The notes under the pieces are model-generated. The model saw nothing but the letters and a program-made list of their open reading frames with translations, did not search any database and had not been told where the DNA came from. Below are positions 40,065 to 56,544 of a DNA stretch of 64,000 bases, piece after piece (within the stretch, counting starts at the first letter, position 1; each line of letters opens with the position of its first letter). The stretch is from the NCBI GenBank assembly GCA_012295275.1, contig CM022666.1, positions 1,054,001 to 1,118,000 on the forward strand, written 5' to 3'. This DNA comes from Chrysomallon squamiferum (Eukaryota > Animalia > Mollusca). The position numbers were made by a program, and so were the translations under genes.

Positions 40065-40690
40065 CACACACACAGACACATTGACACACACAGTATTTGT
40101 TATTGGTGAAATAAAATGAACACAAGAGACACAACGACACACACACTTTCAGAGAAAAATGTTACACAGACACACACACAGACACACACAGACACACACA
40201 CACACACACAGACAGACACACAGACACAGAAACAAACAGACACATTATTATATTTCTGCAAATAGTATCATTTAGATGATATGAATGAGCAAATCAATGA
40301 TATTTTTACATGTGTGTGTATTTTATATATAGTGTGAATTGTAAATTTGTATAATTGTGGTACATTATTTTGTACTTGCATATAAACACATTCATGGACA
40401 CATTTCTACACACAACACACAGCATACATACAACACACACAACAACACAGACAACACAACACAGACACAACTCACACAGTGCACACAAACACATGCATGC
40501 ACTGACACACACAACACATACCACACATACACAACACACACATAACACACAACACACACACACATACACACAGCTGCTCTTTTTCTGTCTGTCACTCACT
40601 CTCTCACTCACCACACACACTCACTCACTCATTCAGAAACACACCCACACAAAATAAATTTGTACTGACACACCCACACTGTTACACAAT
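40065..40690. repeat. Imperfect CA-rich tract
   Basis: Degenerate (CA)n/(CAGA)n/(CAA)n sequence. Confidence 0.85.
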
Positions 40691-43600
40691 CGTATGTACA
40701 TTCAGTTTGTGTGCGCACCTAATTAAATAATAATTAATTACAGCACCATAATAACTTCATCCAATCTAGCCTTGCAGCAGCATGCTGATTACATCAACCG
40801 CGACAACAACAACAACATAACGAACCATTAAGCTTTAAGATTCCAACAGTCTTGTTCTAAACACCTAACATTAATTTTGTTTTTTCTCTCGTGTCTATAA
40901 ACACCATGCATTTATCATTCAGTTGTTAAATAACTGTTGCCACTTGTCAAATCAATAACTGATATTGCAGTTTAATTGCAGTGATCAGAAAAAATTATCA
41001 CAGTTTGCAGTGATTGATCTTTTCCACGTTTTTAAACCAAATTACTTGATGATTGTGAGCCCAAAGGGGATGTGAAGTAAGGAAAAAAATTCTCAAATTG
41101 AAAATGTGTGTGAGAATAAATGAAAGTGTGTTCATGGTTTCTGTTACCTGTGGTATTATTTTTTTTTTTATTGTTTATATATATTTTTTGTATCTTTGAC
41201 TTTGAAACTGTAATTTTAAAATATAATTTCAAAAACCCTGTTTTTCACAGTCTAGACATAAAAAAAAATGTAATAAAATAATAATAATAATTATATTAAA
41301 ATAACATAAACATATTTAGTATGATAATAACCTGACATTTTTTTTTTAATATCACTCAGATAATTACTACACTGTTAAAATTGAAAGATATGGATAAAAA
41401 AGAAGAATAATAATTATAAGAAAAAAAAATTACATACATATATACATTCATACATTCATACAGACAGATATACATACATACATACATACATACATAGATG
41501 CATGTATAATATATAATATTCACTGAAATATCACTACAGTAAATAAAACATGTTTTAGAAAAATAATTTAAAAAAATAATAATAATAGTATTAATAATAA
41601 TTAAAAAAACAAAGACATTTATCTCATGTAACAAATAACTATTTCTGAGATGATAATATTTCAACATTTTTCACATAAGCATGTGTACTACTGGTTATTT
41701 TTTTATTTTTATTTATTCATGACAGACATACTGCTCAGTCCATCTTAAAAAATAATAATAATAATAAAAAATAAAAAATAATAATAAAAAAATAATTATC
41801 AACATGTTCTTCACTGTTGTTTATCTAATTTGAGAGATCTCAAACGAGATGAAAAATTCTGACATGACGGAAATTGCATTTTTCTGCCGAATTTGATGTA
41901 AAGATCGTTCGGTTATTTTGTTAGTGTAATATATGGATGTTTTTCGAAGCAGCATAATGAAATGTCACAGTAACCAAATACATGTCACACCTGCTGGTGA
42001 AAAAGGTGGTGTCAGGTGTAAAGCAAACACAGACTGCGAGATAACAGCAGATATTGAATTCACGTATGAAATTTGTTTTTACAGAGCTATTTCTGTATGA
42101 TATTTGCCTCAGATAAGTTTTTATTAAAACCTCTGTTATTAAGTACACACAAGTTGTGTGTATGTGTAGAAAGTATTACACGAGGTGTATGTATGTGTGT
42201 ATAATGTAAGTATGTGTGCATGTATGATTGAATGAATGAATGTATGAATACGTGTGTATGTGTATACATGTGTTTGTGTTGTGTGTGTGTGTGTGTGTGT
42301 GTTGGTTTGTGTGTGTGTTGGTATTTATCATTCCTTCAATTTTACAAATTCAAGCAGAAAAAAAAGAAAAAGGTAAAGGAAAAAAAAAAAAAAAAACAAC
42401 TGCAATTACTACAAAAGCAGTGAAGCAGACAGAGACGCAAATCAAATAATTAGTTTATTTTGGCCTAAACATCCATTTATTTCATTTCCCTGTAGTCTGT
42501 TTGTCAGTCATTGTGATTTACATCTACTAACTGTGTTTGCATCGACTCTCCCTGCTGTCCAAGTGGCTGGAAATAATTGCCACCGAGTTGCCACAAATTG
42601 CCACAGTGGCTAATTACAGTTTGTTGTGAAGTATGTTTTCACTCACGATTCACCCAGCACATCTCACAACCACTCATTACTGTAGTTTATATTGTCAGAT
42701 AATGATGATGATGATGGTAATGACAATGGTAATGATGATTATATTGATGATGCTGATAACAATAACAACAATGATAATAATAATGATGATGATGATGATT
42801 TCTGTGTAAATGGTTTATTTATAATATTATACATATTTAGCAGCGCTAACGTTATTAGGAAAATTTCCAATTAATATTTTTCTGCTTCAGAAACAAAAAT
42901 GAAAATTTATAATATAAATTTTATTAAATATTAAAAGAGATTGTGAAAGACTTTATTAGGTGAAATTTAAAAAAAAATTATTTTAGGTGAAAAATTTTAT
43001 TATTTAATTTTAATAAACAATATTTTTTGTGTAATGATTGGTTTTTACTGACTGAAGTTTAAAATATTTTTTAAAAACCAAAGATCCTTTTCTATATTTA
43101 GTTTATTCATCAAAATGTGTAGTTAGTAAAACAGTATTGTTCAGGAGAATAAAAACATCAAAATTCATAAACCTTTTCCTTTGGGAAAAAAAAAAAATAG
43201 AAAAAAAAAAAAAATAAAAAAGAAATTTCACTTAAAGAAGTCATTCTACAAAATAACAGGTTGGGTCAAAAGTTAAATTCAAAGACAATATGTAGATATT
43301 TGTACATAGATTTATTCAACTCCATATCTGCCATTTTGTTAACCTTTCAGAATATGTATATAAGTCATATATTTCATATATTTTATGTAAAATTAAGTCT
43401 TGCTCAAATGCCACCTATTGAAAAATCACTATGAACGTTTGTTTCAACTGGCTGTATTTGATTAACTATATTTTTGAATGAAGTTACTAGGAGCCTTTGT
43501 CAGAATTTTAAATGATTTTCACTCAAATAACAAAATTTGGAATATTTGCTTCATTCAGCAAAATATATAGAAGATAGTTTTAAGAGAACTTTGTCGTTTG

Positions 43601-44115
43601 TATTATTAGGTATGTTTTAGCTTTGGCAATCTTTTTTTTTGATTATTTTTTTAATTAAATTATTTTTTATTTTTTTAGCATACTTATTTCATTCAGAAAA
43701 TACATCTGGTTAACACTCCTTCTGAATGGCATTGTTAAGATTGTTAGAGCCTGAAGCTAAATTTCAAACGTTTTTTCCTTTCAAAAAGGTTTTTTTTCTA
43801 TGAAACCAGTTTACATAAGAAAATATATGTGGTTAGCAGAACTTATAAATGGCTCCATTATGCATTAATGACCTGAAGGCAAAATGTTAAATGTTTGAAG
43901 AGATCTCTTTTCTGGTTCTGTGAGGGTCTAAAGACAGAAAGCTATTTTGTCAAAAATATCAAATTATTATTATTATTATGACTCAGCTTCTGTAGATTTG
44001 TTGATTTCTCCACTTGTGTCCAAATTATGATTTTCGTTATTCCCTCCCTTGGTTTTAAAATTTGAAGAATTTTTCTTTACTTTAGTAATCATTTTTCTCT
44101 TTTTTGTTGTTGTTT

Positions 44116-44187
<72 letters not shown>

Positions 44188-45909
44188 AAATGTACGAAAA
44201 TGTATATATTTACATAATTCAATTCTGATTTTTAAAAACATTTATGCAGGTTTTTAATTTATTATTATTATTGTTATTGTTTCTTTTAATTGCATTTTTT
44301 TTTTTTTTTTTTTTTTTATTTATTTATTTATTAACTGGATTAAATAAAACTTTGCCTTTTAAAGAACAAAATATCTAAAATAATCTAAATTAATTAGATG
44401 ATGGTTTATGTTATCATTTATGTAGTTTAAAAAACATTAAAAAACAAACAAACATATAAATAGAACAGAGTCAGAAAGAAATACTGATGTCATAAAATAA
44501 GGTACAATAATAACTGAAAAAAAAGTTGTAAATCTTAAATTTGAATGGAACTTGATTTAAAAAAAAATAATATAAAAAAAATAAAGGATTGTAAATTAAT
44601 TTGGTAGATACATTTAACCATTATCATTATTGTCTTGTTATTATTTGTTTTTTTGTTTTTTGTTTTTTTTTTTTAGTCTTTTTGTTCTCTTTTTTTCATA
44701 TATTTTGATGCTGTCACTGATTAACAGTAAATTTATTTTATATTATTTTCATTAATATACACTGTGTTAAATCTGATTATTTTCTTAATAAGTGAATTCA
44801 GTACATGTATTTTTAGGAAAATGAAGAAAATCTTTGTATACAAATTTACCACATCTATTTAATATTGTTCATAATTAGATTTATTTTATATTGATGTTTC
44901 TTCTTCTGATTTTCAAATGTTTTATATAGAGGCTTTTGTAGAAGAGTATTTTTATTTTGTTTTATTTTATATTATTATGCATTTCTTTACTTTACTTTAT
45001 TTGTTATTTTATTTAATTTTATTTATTTATTTATTTATTTTTATTTTTTTACTTTACTTTAGTTTACATGTTATTTTTATTTTATTTTTTTATTATTATT
45101 ATTTTTTTTTTCATTGTTAAGATAGTTGCTTGATTATATGTTGATTTAGAATATTTCTTTATGAAATTTATTTCCTTTTTATAATAATGATGATGATAAT
45201 AATAAAAATGACAGTAATAATAATTATAGTAATAATCATAATAATAATAATAATAACAATAACAATAATAATAATAATAGTAACATGATTGATGATGATG
45301 ATAATAAAAATGATAATAATGATGACATTAAGAAGATAACAACTACAGACAAATGTAATCTGTTCACAAGAATTTGGTAGAAAAAACAAATGTTATACAT
45401 AGACTGAGTATTCAGGTAAGACATCATTTTCCATATCTGTTTCATCTACAGCTGATAAGGGTCAACCCCCATTAAATGTGATAATAATATTATTGAGATA
45501 GTTTTTATTGACTTAACAGCTTCCTAAAATTTTAATCAGATTTTAAAAATTATTTATTCTCATTTACATTTCCTGAAAATGCACAAATGTACAAGTACAT
45601 ACACATATTCATATTCATACAGAGATGCAGATGCATAAACATAATAATTTTATAGATACAGATATATAAATATGTGTGTGTGTATGTCTGTATTTGTGTA
45701 TTTTGAAGTTTTGTTAAAAAGAAATGTAGCCATGATTTTATATTTTATTTTGTGCATATGTACGTACATGCAAATATGCATACATACATATATACACAAA
45801 CATATATATGCATGCATACATATACACTCATCCTCAAATACAGAACAGATATTTACCTCCATTTACATAATAACATAGAGTCTATGTCTAAAGCATGCTC
45901 ACATAAATA

Positions 45910-45949
<40 letters not shown>

Positions 45950-46647
45950 GTCACATAATTACACACACACACACTTACACACTCACATACTCTTACCATT
46001 TCTTTTATTATTTTCCATTCTCATTTTTCTCTTTGTCTGATTTCGCTGATTTCCCTTGATGAACCATTATTTTACAATACTCTCTCTCTCTTCCGATTTC
46101 TTTCTGTGGCAAACTGCCCAAGACAAATGTTCTCTGGAGACTTGTCAGAAGTTACACAGTAGATGACTTTCAGTGTGTTCACTGTGGAGATGTAGTTTTT
46201 ACCACACATTCAGAACCATCCAGTCTGTAACACAGGCTTTTAGAGAACACATAAAACCAGCCACCATCCAACTAAGTGTGTATCCTAATGTTTAAACGAA
46301 TTTATTATATCTGAAGTTTATTTTGTTGTAAGGTTCTAGAAATATATTTAGAAAAATTTGTTTATTTATTAGTAACCTAGGCACGTATTTTTGGGAGGTG
46401 TACATTTTGTAGATTTGTTTAGTAAATATGATTTTTCTGCAGTGGTTAGTGTAAGAAAAATTTGGTTTTTGTGAGAAAATTGTAGAAAATAAATGTCATT
46501 TAATGGGCTGTCTCTTTCTGTCTTTTTGTTTCATTTTCTGTTTCCCTTTTTCTTCCCTCCATTTCCTTTTATTTCATTCTATCTTCTTCCTCTCTCTGTC
46601 TCTAATTATCTTTCCTACTTTCTTCTTTTTTTCTCGTTCTTTTTCTC

Positions 46648-46695
<48 letters not shown>

Positions 46696-47099
46696 ACCCA
46701 ACTTATCTACATATGAATATCCACATAATTAATCTAACATCACACACATTATAAGACACAAACACATAATTAATTAACTATTTAATTAATCATTACTTTG
46801 GAATCTTAACAAAAACGTCATCGTCGCAGCAGCATTTTTTACATAAATCAAATCATCTCCATCCCGTTCCGAAGCAGCTGTGAGCTTCATTTAATTACAC
46901 CTCTGACGAGTGAGGTTTCCCATTATACAGTGTGATCTGCTCCTCATTTTGTTTGTCTTCTAGTTAACAACACCAAGCCCACCATCCCTTCCCTCTCTCC
47001 TAACTCAGCAAGTTGATTAAAGTCCATTTTAGCTCATCATTACCCCGTTTGCTTTTAACTTCACGATTGGACCTCGAAGACATCCTTTCTTTTTCAACT

Positions 47100-47143
<44 letters not shown>

Positions 47144-47389
47144 AGATGGTGAAAGAATTTACTTTGTTCATCCATCGATAGCCGAGAGCTGCAAAAGTCT
47201 TTCATTTACACCAGGATCTGGTTTCGTGAAAGCTTTCAGGGGAGATAATTAATTACGATGTAATTCTGTTTTGGCTTTAGATGGCAAATTTTGTTACTTT
47301 ATTAATGTCGCTGGTTGAATGGCTTGTAGGGAGATGTCAGTGTAGACACAATGAGGTTTTTTGTGGGATTTTTTCTCTCTTAGTGTGTA

Positions 47390-47850
47390 TTACTGTCAGA
47401 GTTTAGTCTTGTATCAAGTTGGTGTCAGTTTTAATAAAAAGAACACAGGTTAATTTTACTTGTGCATCCTAGATTTTTTTTAGATTAAGATTTGCAGAGT
47501 AGAATGAATATTTATATACTTTTAAATTTTAAAGTCTGTTACTGTCAGAGTTTGTCTTGTATCAAGTTTGTGTCAGTTTTAATTAAAGAAAAATAGAACA
47601 TGCTACTGATATCAACATGTTTGTTTTTGTTGTGCATCCTAAAGTTTTTACATTTAGGATTAGTCTGTAGAATGTTTTCTGATGTGCTGTTAATTTTTAA
47701 TATCTTAAACTTTCAGAGTTTAGTCTTAAGTCCTCTTTGTTTCAGTTTTAATCAAAAAGTTTTAAAGAATTGTTAGGTTCAGACTTGCACTGTAGACTGT
47801 TTTCTTATATTTTTGTTGATTCTTACTGTTTTATGCTGTAAATTTTTGTC
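47390..47850. repeat. About 150-170-bp degenerate tandem repeat, about 3 copies
   Basis: tactgtcagagttt(a)gtcttgtatcaagtt(g/t)gtgtcagttttaat occurs at about 47390 and 47539, with a diverged copy at about 47712. Confidence 0.75.
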
Positions 47851-48052
47851 TTATAACAATTTTTTAAAACCCTAAAAAACCGCAAAAAAAACCCCACTCA
47901 AAAATCCAAAGAAACAATCAAACAACAAAAAAAATATTAGCTCTGAATTCTAGAAGGTTTTCTTGTTTCTGTATAATCCATTTTCTCCTGTTAAGCGAGA
48001 ATTTTCAGATTTAACATTGTAAATATTGAGAATCTTGTGTGACATAACTGAT

Positions 48053-48935
<883 letters not shown>

Positions 48936-49336
48936 ACCTAATTTGCTCTGTCTTTTTTCTCTTCCTTTTCCCTCTTTCTGCAAGTATAAGTATGTGCACA
49001 TTTCTCTTTTTCTTAATGCATATTTTATGCATGTTTACATTTCTTTCCAGTATTAACCCCCCACATTTCTGTGTTATTTCTGTTTCAGTAACAGAATAAA
49101 GTTTGTTTCAAAATAACAGACTTTGACTCACTGTTATATTTTTTAATAAAATAGTTTTAAACATAAAATAATGGCTGCATTTCATTTTCTTTGAACAACA
49201 AGGACCTTTGAATAAATATGACTTCACGAAATCATTAACACACCATTTTGATTTGTCTGTTTAAAAGTTCTCTAAAGGTTTAACTAAAGCCAGTTTAATT
49301 TCTCAAAATTAAAATTCTATTAAAGTTTTAATTTGT

Positions 49337-49801
49337 CAAATTTTAAATATTCGTCAGTATGTTTTATAGTAATGACACTGTTTTTAAGTGAGGGAATTTT
49401 AGATGTCTGTCAGTATGTTCTGTTGTAATGACACTGTTTCAAATTGAGTGAATTTTAGATGTCTGTCAGTATGTTCTATAGTAATGACACTGTTTCAAAT
49501 TGAGGGAATTTTAAATGTCTGTCAGTATGTTCTGTTGTAATGACACTATTTCTAAGTGAGGGAATTTTAAATGTCTGTCAGTATGTTCTGTTGTAATGAC
49601 ACTATTTCTAAGTGAGGGAATTTTAAATGTCTGTCAGTATGTTCTGTTGTAATGACACTATTTCTAAGTTAGGGAATTTTAAATGTCTGTCAGTATGTTC
49701 TAGTGTAATGACATTGTTTCTAAGTGAGGGAATTTTAAATGTATGTCAGTATGTTCTGTAGTAATGACACTGTTTCTAAGTGAAGTAATTTTAAATGTCT
49801 G
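49337..49801. repeat. 56-bp minisatellite, about 8 copies
   Basis: Unit ggaattttaaatgtctgtcagtatgttctgttgtaatgacactatttctaagtgag. Confidence 0.95.
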
Positions 49802-50398
49802 TTGATTGCAATACTTTTTACTAGCAGTGACATCAGAGAAAGCCGTTTGAATGTCTGTGATAACATCTTATTGATGATCAGATCTGAAGACTCCTCTAAC
49901 ACCAGTTCAGTATTTCAGTGATTGAACCACCATTTCTAAAGAGGAAACATTTTACAAGTGTTAGCTTTCTCTTTGATGATTTTGTATTTATGGCTGGAAC
50001 TCAAATAAATAAAACTGGTTCAATTATTTTTGGTTTTGACACATATTCTTGTTAGCTTTTTATTTCAAAGCCCATTATAAACAATGAAAACAACAACAGT
50101 AGTAATAATTAATTAATAAATAAAATACAAAATATATATCTTAAGACACAGTTTAATTTGTTGTCAGATGAAAATTTATTATAATCACTTTGTATTTTGA
50201 GTAACCAAATTTGGTTATGTTTTTTTTTTTTGTCATTTTTTTTGTGGTTGCATTTTCAGAAGTAATTAAACATGTACCGGTTTTGCTTAATAACATTTTA
50301 TTTATGGTGAAGTCTAATTTAGTGAAATGTGTTCAGTAATTGTTAACTATTAAAAGAGTTTAATACCATTTTTACAATTATCATTTGTAATTTAAACG

Positions 50399-50431
<33 letters not shown>

Positions 50432-50867
50432 TGTATTAAAAGACATTTGATTAATTCTGGCTTCAGAAGCATTTTATAATACCTTCTTGGTTATATTTTA
50501 CTATTTTAATCGCTGTCACCCCATTTTTGGAAAAGAACAAATTAAACCATTTTTAAACCTGGCTTGGAATATTTAGCAACATGTTATTTACAGAGCTATT
50601 TTGAGAATTTTAGTAAAATTGGTTAGGTCATTTTTTTTTTTTTAGCTGTTTTCTAAAAATGAAATAAATTTAAACATTCCTTTAAATGATATTTTTTGGA
50701 AAACAAGGCATCTGTTGATTTCACTAATACAGCTTCAGTTATTATTAAAAATGAATATGGCAGCAATTTGGATACAAGTATATTGAACAAGTTTTTAAAA
50801 GTGTTATAAAGTGAACTGTGATATGACTGATTCTGCAGTACAAGGTCTTGAACAAAACTGACTGTCA

Positions 50868-50952
50868 CTGATACAGTTGTAGTACCTATGTGTATCTTGT
50901 GTAACTGATACAACTCTAGTATCTATGTGTATCTTGTGTTGCTGATACAGTG
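50868..50952. repeat. About 36-37-bp tandem repeat, about 2.3 copies
   Basis: ctgataca....tagta(c/t)ctatgtgtatcttgtgt occurs twice. Confidence 0.8.
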
Positions 50953-51106
50953 GTGGTTGCTGTTTTACCAGTACTTGAGCACTTATTTCTGACTATTGCT
51001 ACTGTGGTAGTTGCTGCAGCAGTTTCTAAAAATTACTTCTGGCAGGTTCTAAGTGAGTAGTTGATGATGTTTTGATGAGTAGAATTTGTTTAGTGTGCAG
51101 CCAATA

Positions 51107-51110
<4 letters not shown>

Positions 51111-51183
<73 letters not shown>

Positions 51184-51217
51184 TCTCTCTCTGTCTGTCT
51201 GTCTGTCTGTCTGTCTG
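51111..51217. repeat. (CT)n(CTGT)n microsatellite
   Basis: Directly visible. Confidence 0.95.
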
Positions 51218-52217
51218 TATATGCTGACTGCTGGGATGGTCATGCCTCCATTTTGTGAAAAATGTCCCCACTGAAAGATCTTGTAATAATGACAAAACGT
51301 CAAGAGTTCACATTACTGATCAATCCTGGCAATCGATTTGTGGCCTCTGACTCTGAAAATGTTTGACATGAAACTGAAATCCCCCACATCAGCGCAGCAG
51401 TTAAGGTTTTCTATAAACAAACAGTTTGGAAGCCCCCTGGGGGTGCCGGTTTTGGCTAAAATCAGTTTTTGTTTGAGCTTGACGATTGTGTGTCAGTCAC
51501 ACAGTGAAGAGATAGAGAGTTGCACTGAATTAGGTTGTGTTAGTAACACAAACAGGTTTATTCTGCCACTTTCACTGCTTTGTCTCTTTTGTGTATTTAA
51601 CTGACTTCGTCTACCTACTGAGTAGATTTTTCTCTTTATCTTTAAAATTATATCGGACAATGAACGATATCTGGAATAACACTTGATATTAATTGTTTCA
51701 AATGTGTTTCAGTCATTAGTAAAATGAAGGTTTTATCATCTATTATAATAATAAATAATAATTGAAAAAATGCTGTTTCAAATTTGATTCATTGAGTGAA
51801 TTTTCTTTTTCACATTACTGTTATAATTAGATCAAATACTTATTGATATCTTGAAAAATAATGACACAATATGTTAGTCCATTTTGACACAATATTTTAG
51901 AAAATACTTCTATCAGTTTCTTCCCTGTTTCATTTATTAACTTGAATGGGTCTTATATCTCATATCAGTTGTAATTTTGAGATATGAGATTTGAGATATT
52001 TTCCTTTACTTTTTCCCTTCTTTATTTATCCTCAGATCATTATGATAATTATATTAAATTTATTCATGAACAATAACATATAAGTTTCAAAAATGTGAGC
52101 AAAAAAAGAATGCTGTATATTCCTTCATTTCTTCCTTGCCTTCTTCCTTCATTTATTTGTATGCATTTCTCATATCATCATTATAAATTATATTAAATTT
52201 AATATGACAGTAATACA

Positions 52218-52218
<1 letters not shown>

Positions 52219-52262
<44 letters not shown>

Positions 52263-52275
52263 AAGAAGAAGAAGT
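52219..52275. repeat. (TAG)n(AAG)n microsatellite
   Basis: Directly visible. Confidence 0.92.
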
Positions 52276-52627
52276 AGCAGTAGTAAATAAACAATTAGCT
52301 CCAGAAATAAATATGTTAGTGTCACTGTTTCCCTTACACAATTTGTTTTGTCTGAACTGTTTAATTCAGCTATCAGACTATTCAATTAACTTTTGTCAGT
52401 GAAAGGATAAAGGTCTAATCTGCCAGACTTAGTAAGTATTAGATGAATGGCGTGTACATTCTTACCAGCCCTGATTCAAAACCTCTGTCTACCTCACTCA
52501 ATGTAATAATGTCCCAGAAGATTTCACTAATGTTTTTTTAAATACTCATCTTTGTGTCCAGCTTAAAACGTTACTTCTGTCTCCAGCGCATGAAATTATT
52601 CATAAGAATCCCTGTCTGGTTTGTGGG

Positions 52628-52658
<31 letters not shown>

Positions 52659-53518
52659 TAATATAAGATAAAAAAAAAAAAACAACAAAAAACAACAATA
52701 AATAATAATAATAATAATAATAATAATTTTATTCTGTTTGCATAATGTGAAATTCTAGCAGATTTAAGAAAACACAAAAAATAATACAACAACAGCAACA
52801 ACAGCAGCTACAACATCAACACTAATTCTGTCTGTATGGGGTGAAATTATTTTTAATCACTTTGTCTGCTTTCTAGCAGATTTATAATGACACCAACACC
52901 ACCACCAACAACAACAACAGTAATAATTCCCAGTTTAAAATATTACTTTTGTCTGTATTAAGTCAAATTATTTGTAATGACATTGTCTGCTTTTTGGCAG
53001 ATATGTAAATTAAAATATTATATTTGTCTCCATCTTGTCAAATTATTTTTAATTACATTGTCTAGGTTTGTGAAGAATTTTTCTTTCTTTCTTTCTTTTT
53101 TCTTTTTATTTTCTATCCTTTTTTTTTTTCTTTCTTTTTTTTTTTCTTTCTTTGTTTTAAGTACCTTACTTAAAATAAAGTTTTATGTGAAATTTATGAT
53201 GCTGAGGAGGGGATTAAAATCATTTATTGCCAAAAAAAAAAAATCAGTACAAATATTACTTTTGTTTGTATTTAATGAAATTTTTAATGACTTTGATTTT
53301 TAACTGAAAGTGACATTACTGTGTGAAAAAACCAGATTCTTTAACACTGACATGTATTTGAGCTTTATTTCTAGTCTTTTTACAGTACCTAACATTTGTC
53401 TAATTTATCTTATATACACACACACACACACACATTATTCATACATAAATACAAATACATACATGGATAAATCATGCTGACGATAATAATGGCTGTAATA
53501 AAAAAAAATTATTAATAA

Positions 53519-53562
<44 letters not shown>

Positions 53563-53785
53563 CAATAGCAACAACAATAATATTAACAAAAGTTAAAATA
53601 CAACTAACGTTAAATAATAACAGAAAAATACATTAGAAATAAAAAATAAAACATTATTATGTTTGTCTGTGGACTTAATGGAATCTCATAAAACGAGGAC
53701 ATACAGTCTGTTCTGACAAGACACAAACAGAAGACTCTTAATTCTGTGTATTGTACAGGCAGGACTCAGTGAACACATCACTGCA

Positions 53786-53837
53786 GGAACTTCACTAAGG
53801 AACTTCACTAAGGAACTTCACTAAGGAACTTCACTAA
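53786..53837. repeat. 13-bp perfect tandem repeat x4
   Basis: (ggaacttcactaa)4. Confidence 0.95.
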
Positions 53838-56544
53838 GAATAAATAGCACAGGGACTATTTTAAATCCTTCGTGCACAAACACTGTTCAAAGTGGCTGAG
53901 AGTAAAAAAACAACACACAACACAAAACTTAACCTTTTCCCTGACGTATTTAGTCAACCAGAGACGTAGCATCTGATGTTCATTAATTTAAGTTCAGAAC
54001 AGGGTAAATTTCTAAAGTGAGTGCTGTAAGCCTGTCTAGGAGCTGTCAGAAGATGCATGATGTGAGGATTTACCAAGAAAAATGTCATCTTAGCAGAGTA
54101 CACAGTAATCTCTGTGAAAATAAGGATTCCAGTCGAACCTTTCTTGAATATAAGACAAGTCAAATATTATTATAAAAACCAAAAATTTCTAAGATAAAAA
54201 ATTGCTATATTTTCTCATTTTACAAGATTCTGTTATGTTGGTAAATAAGGTTTTGTAGTCCTGCCTACCTTCGCATGGTAGAAGACATAAAAATCATCGC
54301 AGAAAAGACAAGGACATGAAAGATTCATTGGCGCTAACAGCTTGTTATTCTGGCTGGACTCACCCGAAATAACGATCTCTAATGGCCTGATTTACATCCT
54401 CCAGTCCTGCTGGCGAAAGAGGTGCATACGTTAAGTGCTTGCTCGGAGACAATAAAAGAGTTCCCTTTTGTATTCCAAGAAGTACATTACTCATTATGTA
54501 ACGTCTTCTTGGCCGAATGATGTAATATGTAACTGTTTGCTTTCTTGCTCTTCTTTGTCTGTGATTTCTGGGAATTATGTTCGGATGTGGTTTCAATGAC
54601 ATTCTTTAAGAAGGGAATATTTTTTTTTTTTGTACATTTCTGGTTTCCAGACACACAAAAGGATTTCAGTCAGTGCGAGTGCTAAATGAATGTTTTTTTA
54701 TTTTAATAATAATTAGTCTGAATTCGCTGAAGATAATTTGGCCTGTTTCTGAAGTGTCAGGTTTCCAGATTACTAGAAATGTCATGATTTTGTTTTCGTA
54801 TGTTTGCTTAATTATTGTTTATTATATAAGGATGTGATCTACAGATTCTTGTTCTGTTTTAAAGGTTTGTTGAGGAAATGACTAATGGTGTAAAAACCGT
54901 GAATGTAAAAATTACTACATATTCTGAATGGTCTGAAAGTAGGACTGTGAGTAAAGTGCTGTCAGTAGGAAACTGTGTCCATCATATTAAAAGACTTGAA
55001 ACATCTAGACATCACACATTCTGTCACAAACAGAAATTTATCTTGAACAGGATTATATAACAGTTCTGAAACCAGGCCACAAAGACTGATTTCTTTCTCT
55101 TTTGTTTGTGGAGTAATTTCTTCTGGAAAATCACCAAAAAAATCTACATATCCCTGTTTACAAAAGAAATAATAATTCAGAAAAAAAAGAATAAAAAAAA
55201 AGAATAATTATGAGGTTGTAAGAGATTCATGTGCAGTTTATTTTGTGATAAATAAGCTTGACTAACAGAAGTAAAAAATATCTCTTTAACATTAATAACT
55301 ATATAATAATCTTCAAGTGATAAATCTTCAATGTCAAAGCCACAGAAAAAAAAATACTGAAATCTACTAATGACAAAAACTGCGATTAAAAACACATTTC
55401 AAAGCATTTCCTCCTTGTAACTGAAGTGTTTTAAAATGCAAAGTTTGTTATTATATTCTGATTAATAGTATTTATTTTCTGTATAAAATATGTTTTTTTC
55501 ACTTGGTATCTGAGAAGATTGTATTTATCATTGCAGTTCTCAGCTTTGAGATCCCTGCTACATTTTAATAGCTATAAGATCTGTCTAACTGTCAGGTATG
55601 TGATAGAAAAAGAAGATCTAATATCAGATTTAATATTTTATATGGTGATATGAGGACCTCTGATTCTGCTCTTGGAAATGAATATCAATGAGATGTGGTG
55701 GCAGCCTTTAATATGCTTTAATTTTGTCGTCTGAATAACAGTTATTCTGAAAATGGATTTTAAAGAATGTTCAATTACTTTGCTCTGTTATTAACTCAAA
55801 GCTCTGGTTGTTAATTTTTTTTTCTTGTGAAGTTTGAAAAAAAGAAAATTCATAAAAGAAGTTTAGGAAAATAAAGAACATTGTTAAGAAGATTTAGATA
55901 AAAAATATAGAAAAAAATTCACAAAGATTAGGAAAATAAAGAAAAAAATTCAAGAAAGGTTTTGAAAAAATAAAGAAGTTTTTGAATTTTAAAAAATTCA
56001 TAAGGTCAATATAATGATGAATCTTCATTTTTTTTGTTTTCACTAACTAAATTTCTGTTTTCTGATATCTTAAATGTTTTTTCTTGAAGCTGTAAAGAAA
56101 GGTTTTGAATAATTGTTTTATTTTTTTAAATTATAAAACAATTGTTATATTGAATTTTAATCCCTTTTTGTTTTAGAAATTATTATTATTTTTAAATAGT
56201 GTGAAAAAAAATAAAAATTGAGCAATAACAGGTTACCAATTTTTTCATTATTTCAAACCCTGATTTAATTCATCCACAAACACATTTAATTATAAAATAA
56301 ATAGAAATCAGATTTTCACCCTTTTAATTTTCATAATTTTCAATTATTTGAAAATACCACGTAAATTCTGAACACTGTTTTGTATCACACATCTGGTATC
56401 TTAATAAACTCTTGGATTAATTATAAAAATTAACTTTAACAGAATCACATTAATTAAGTCAGTGTTTCAATTATGAACTTGTCAGTTCTGAACTCTGTGA
56501 CAGGACAGAGATGACAAAAGAGAGTTTTTAGAAACGATCTGGAA

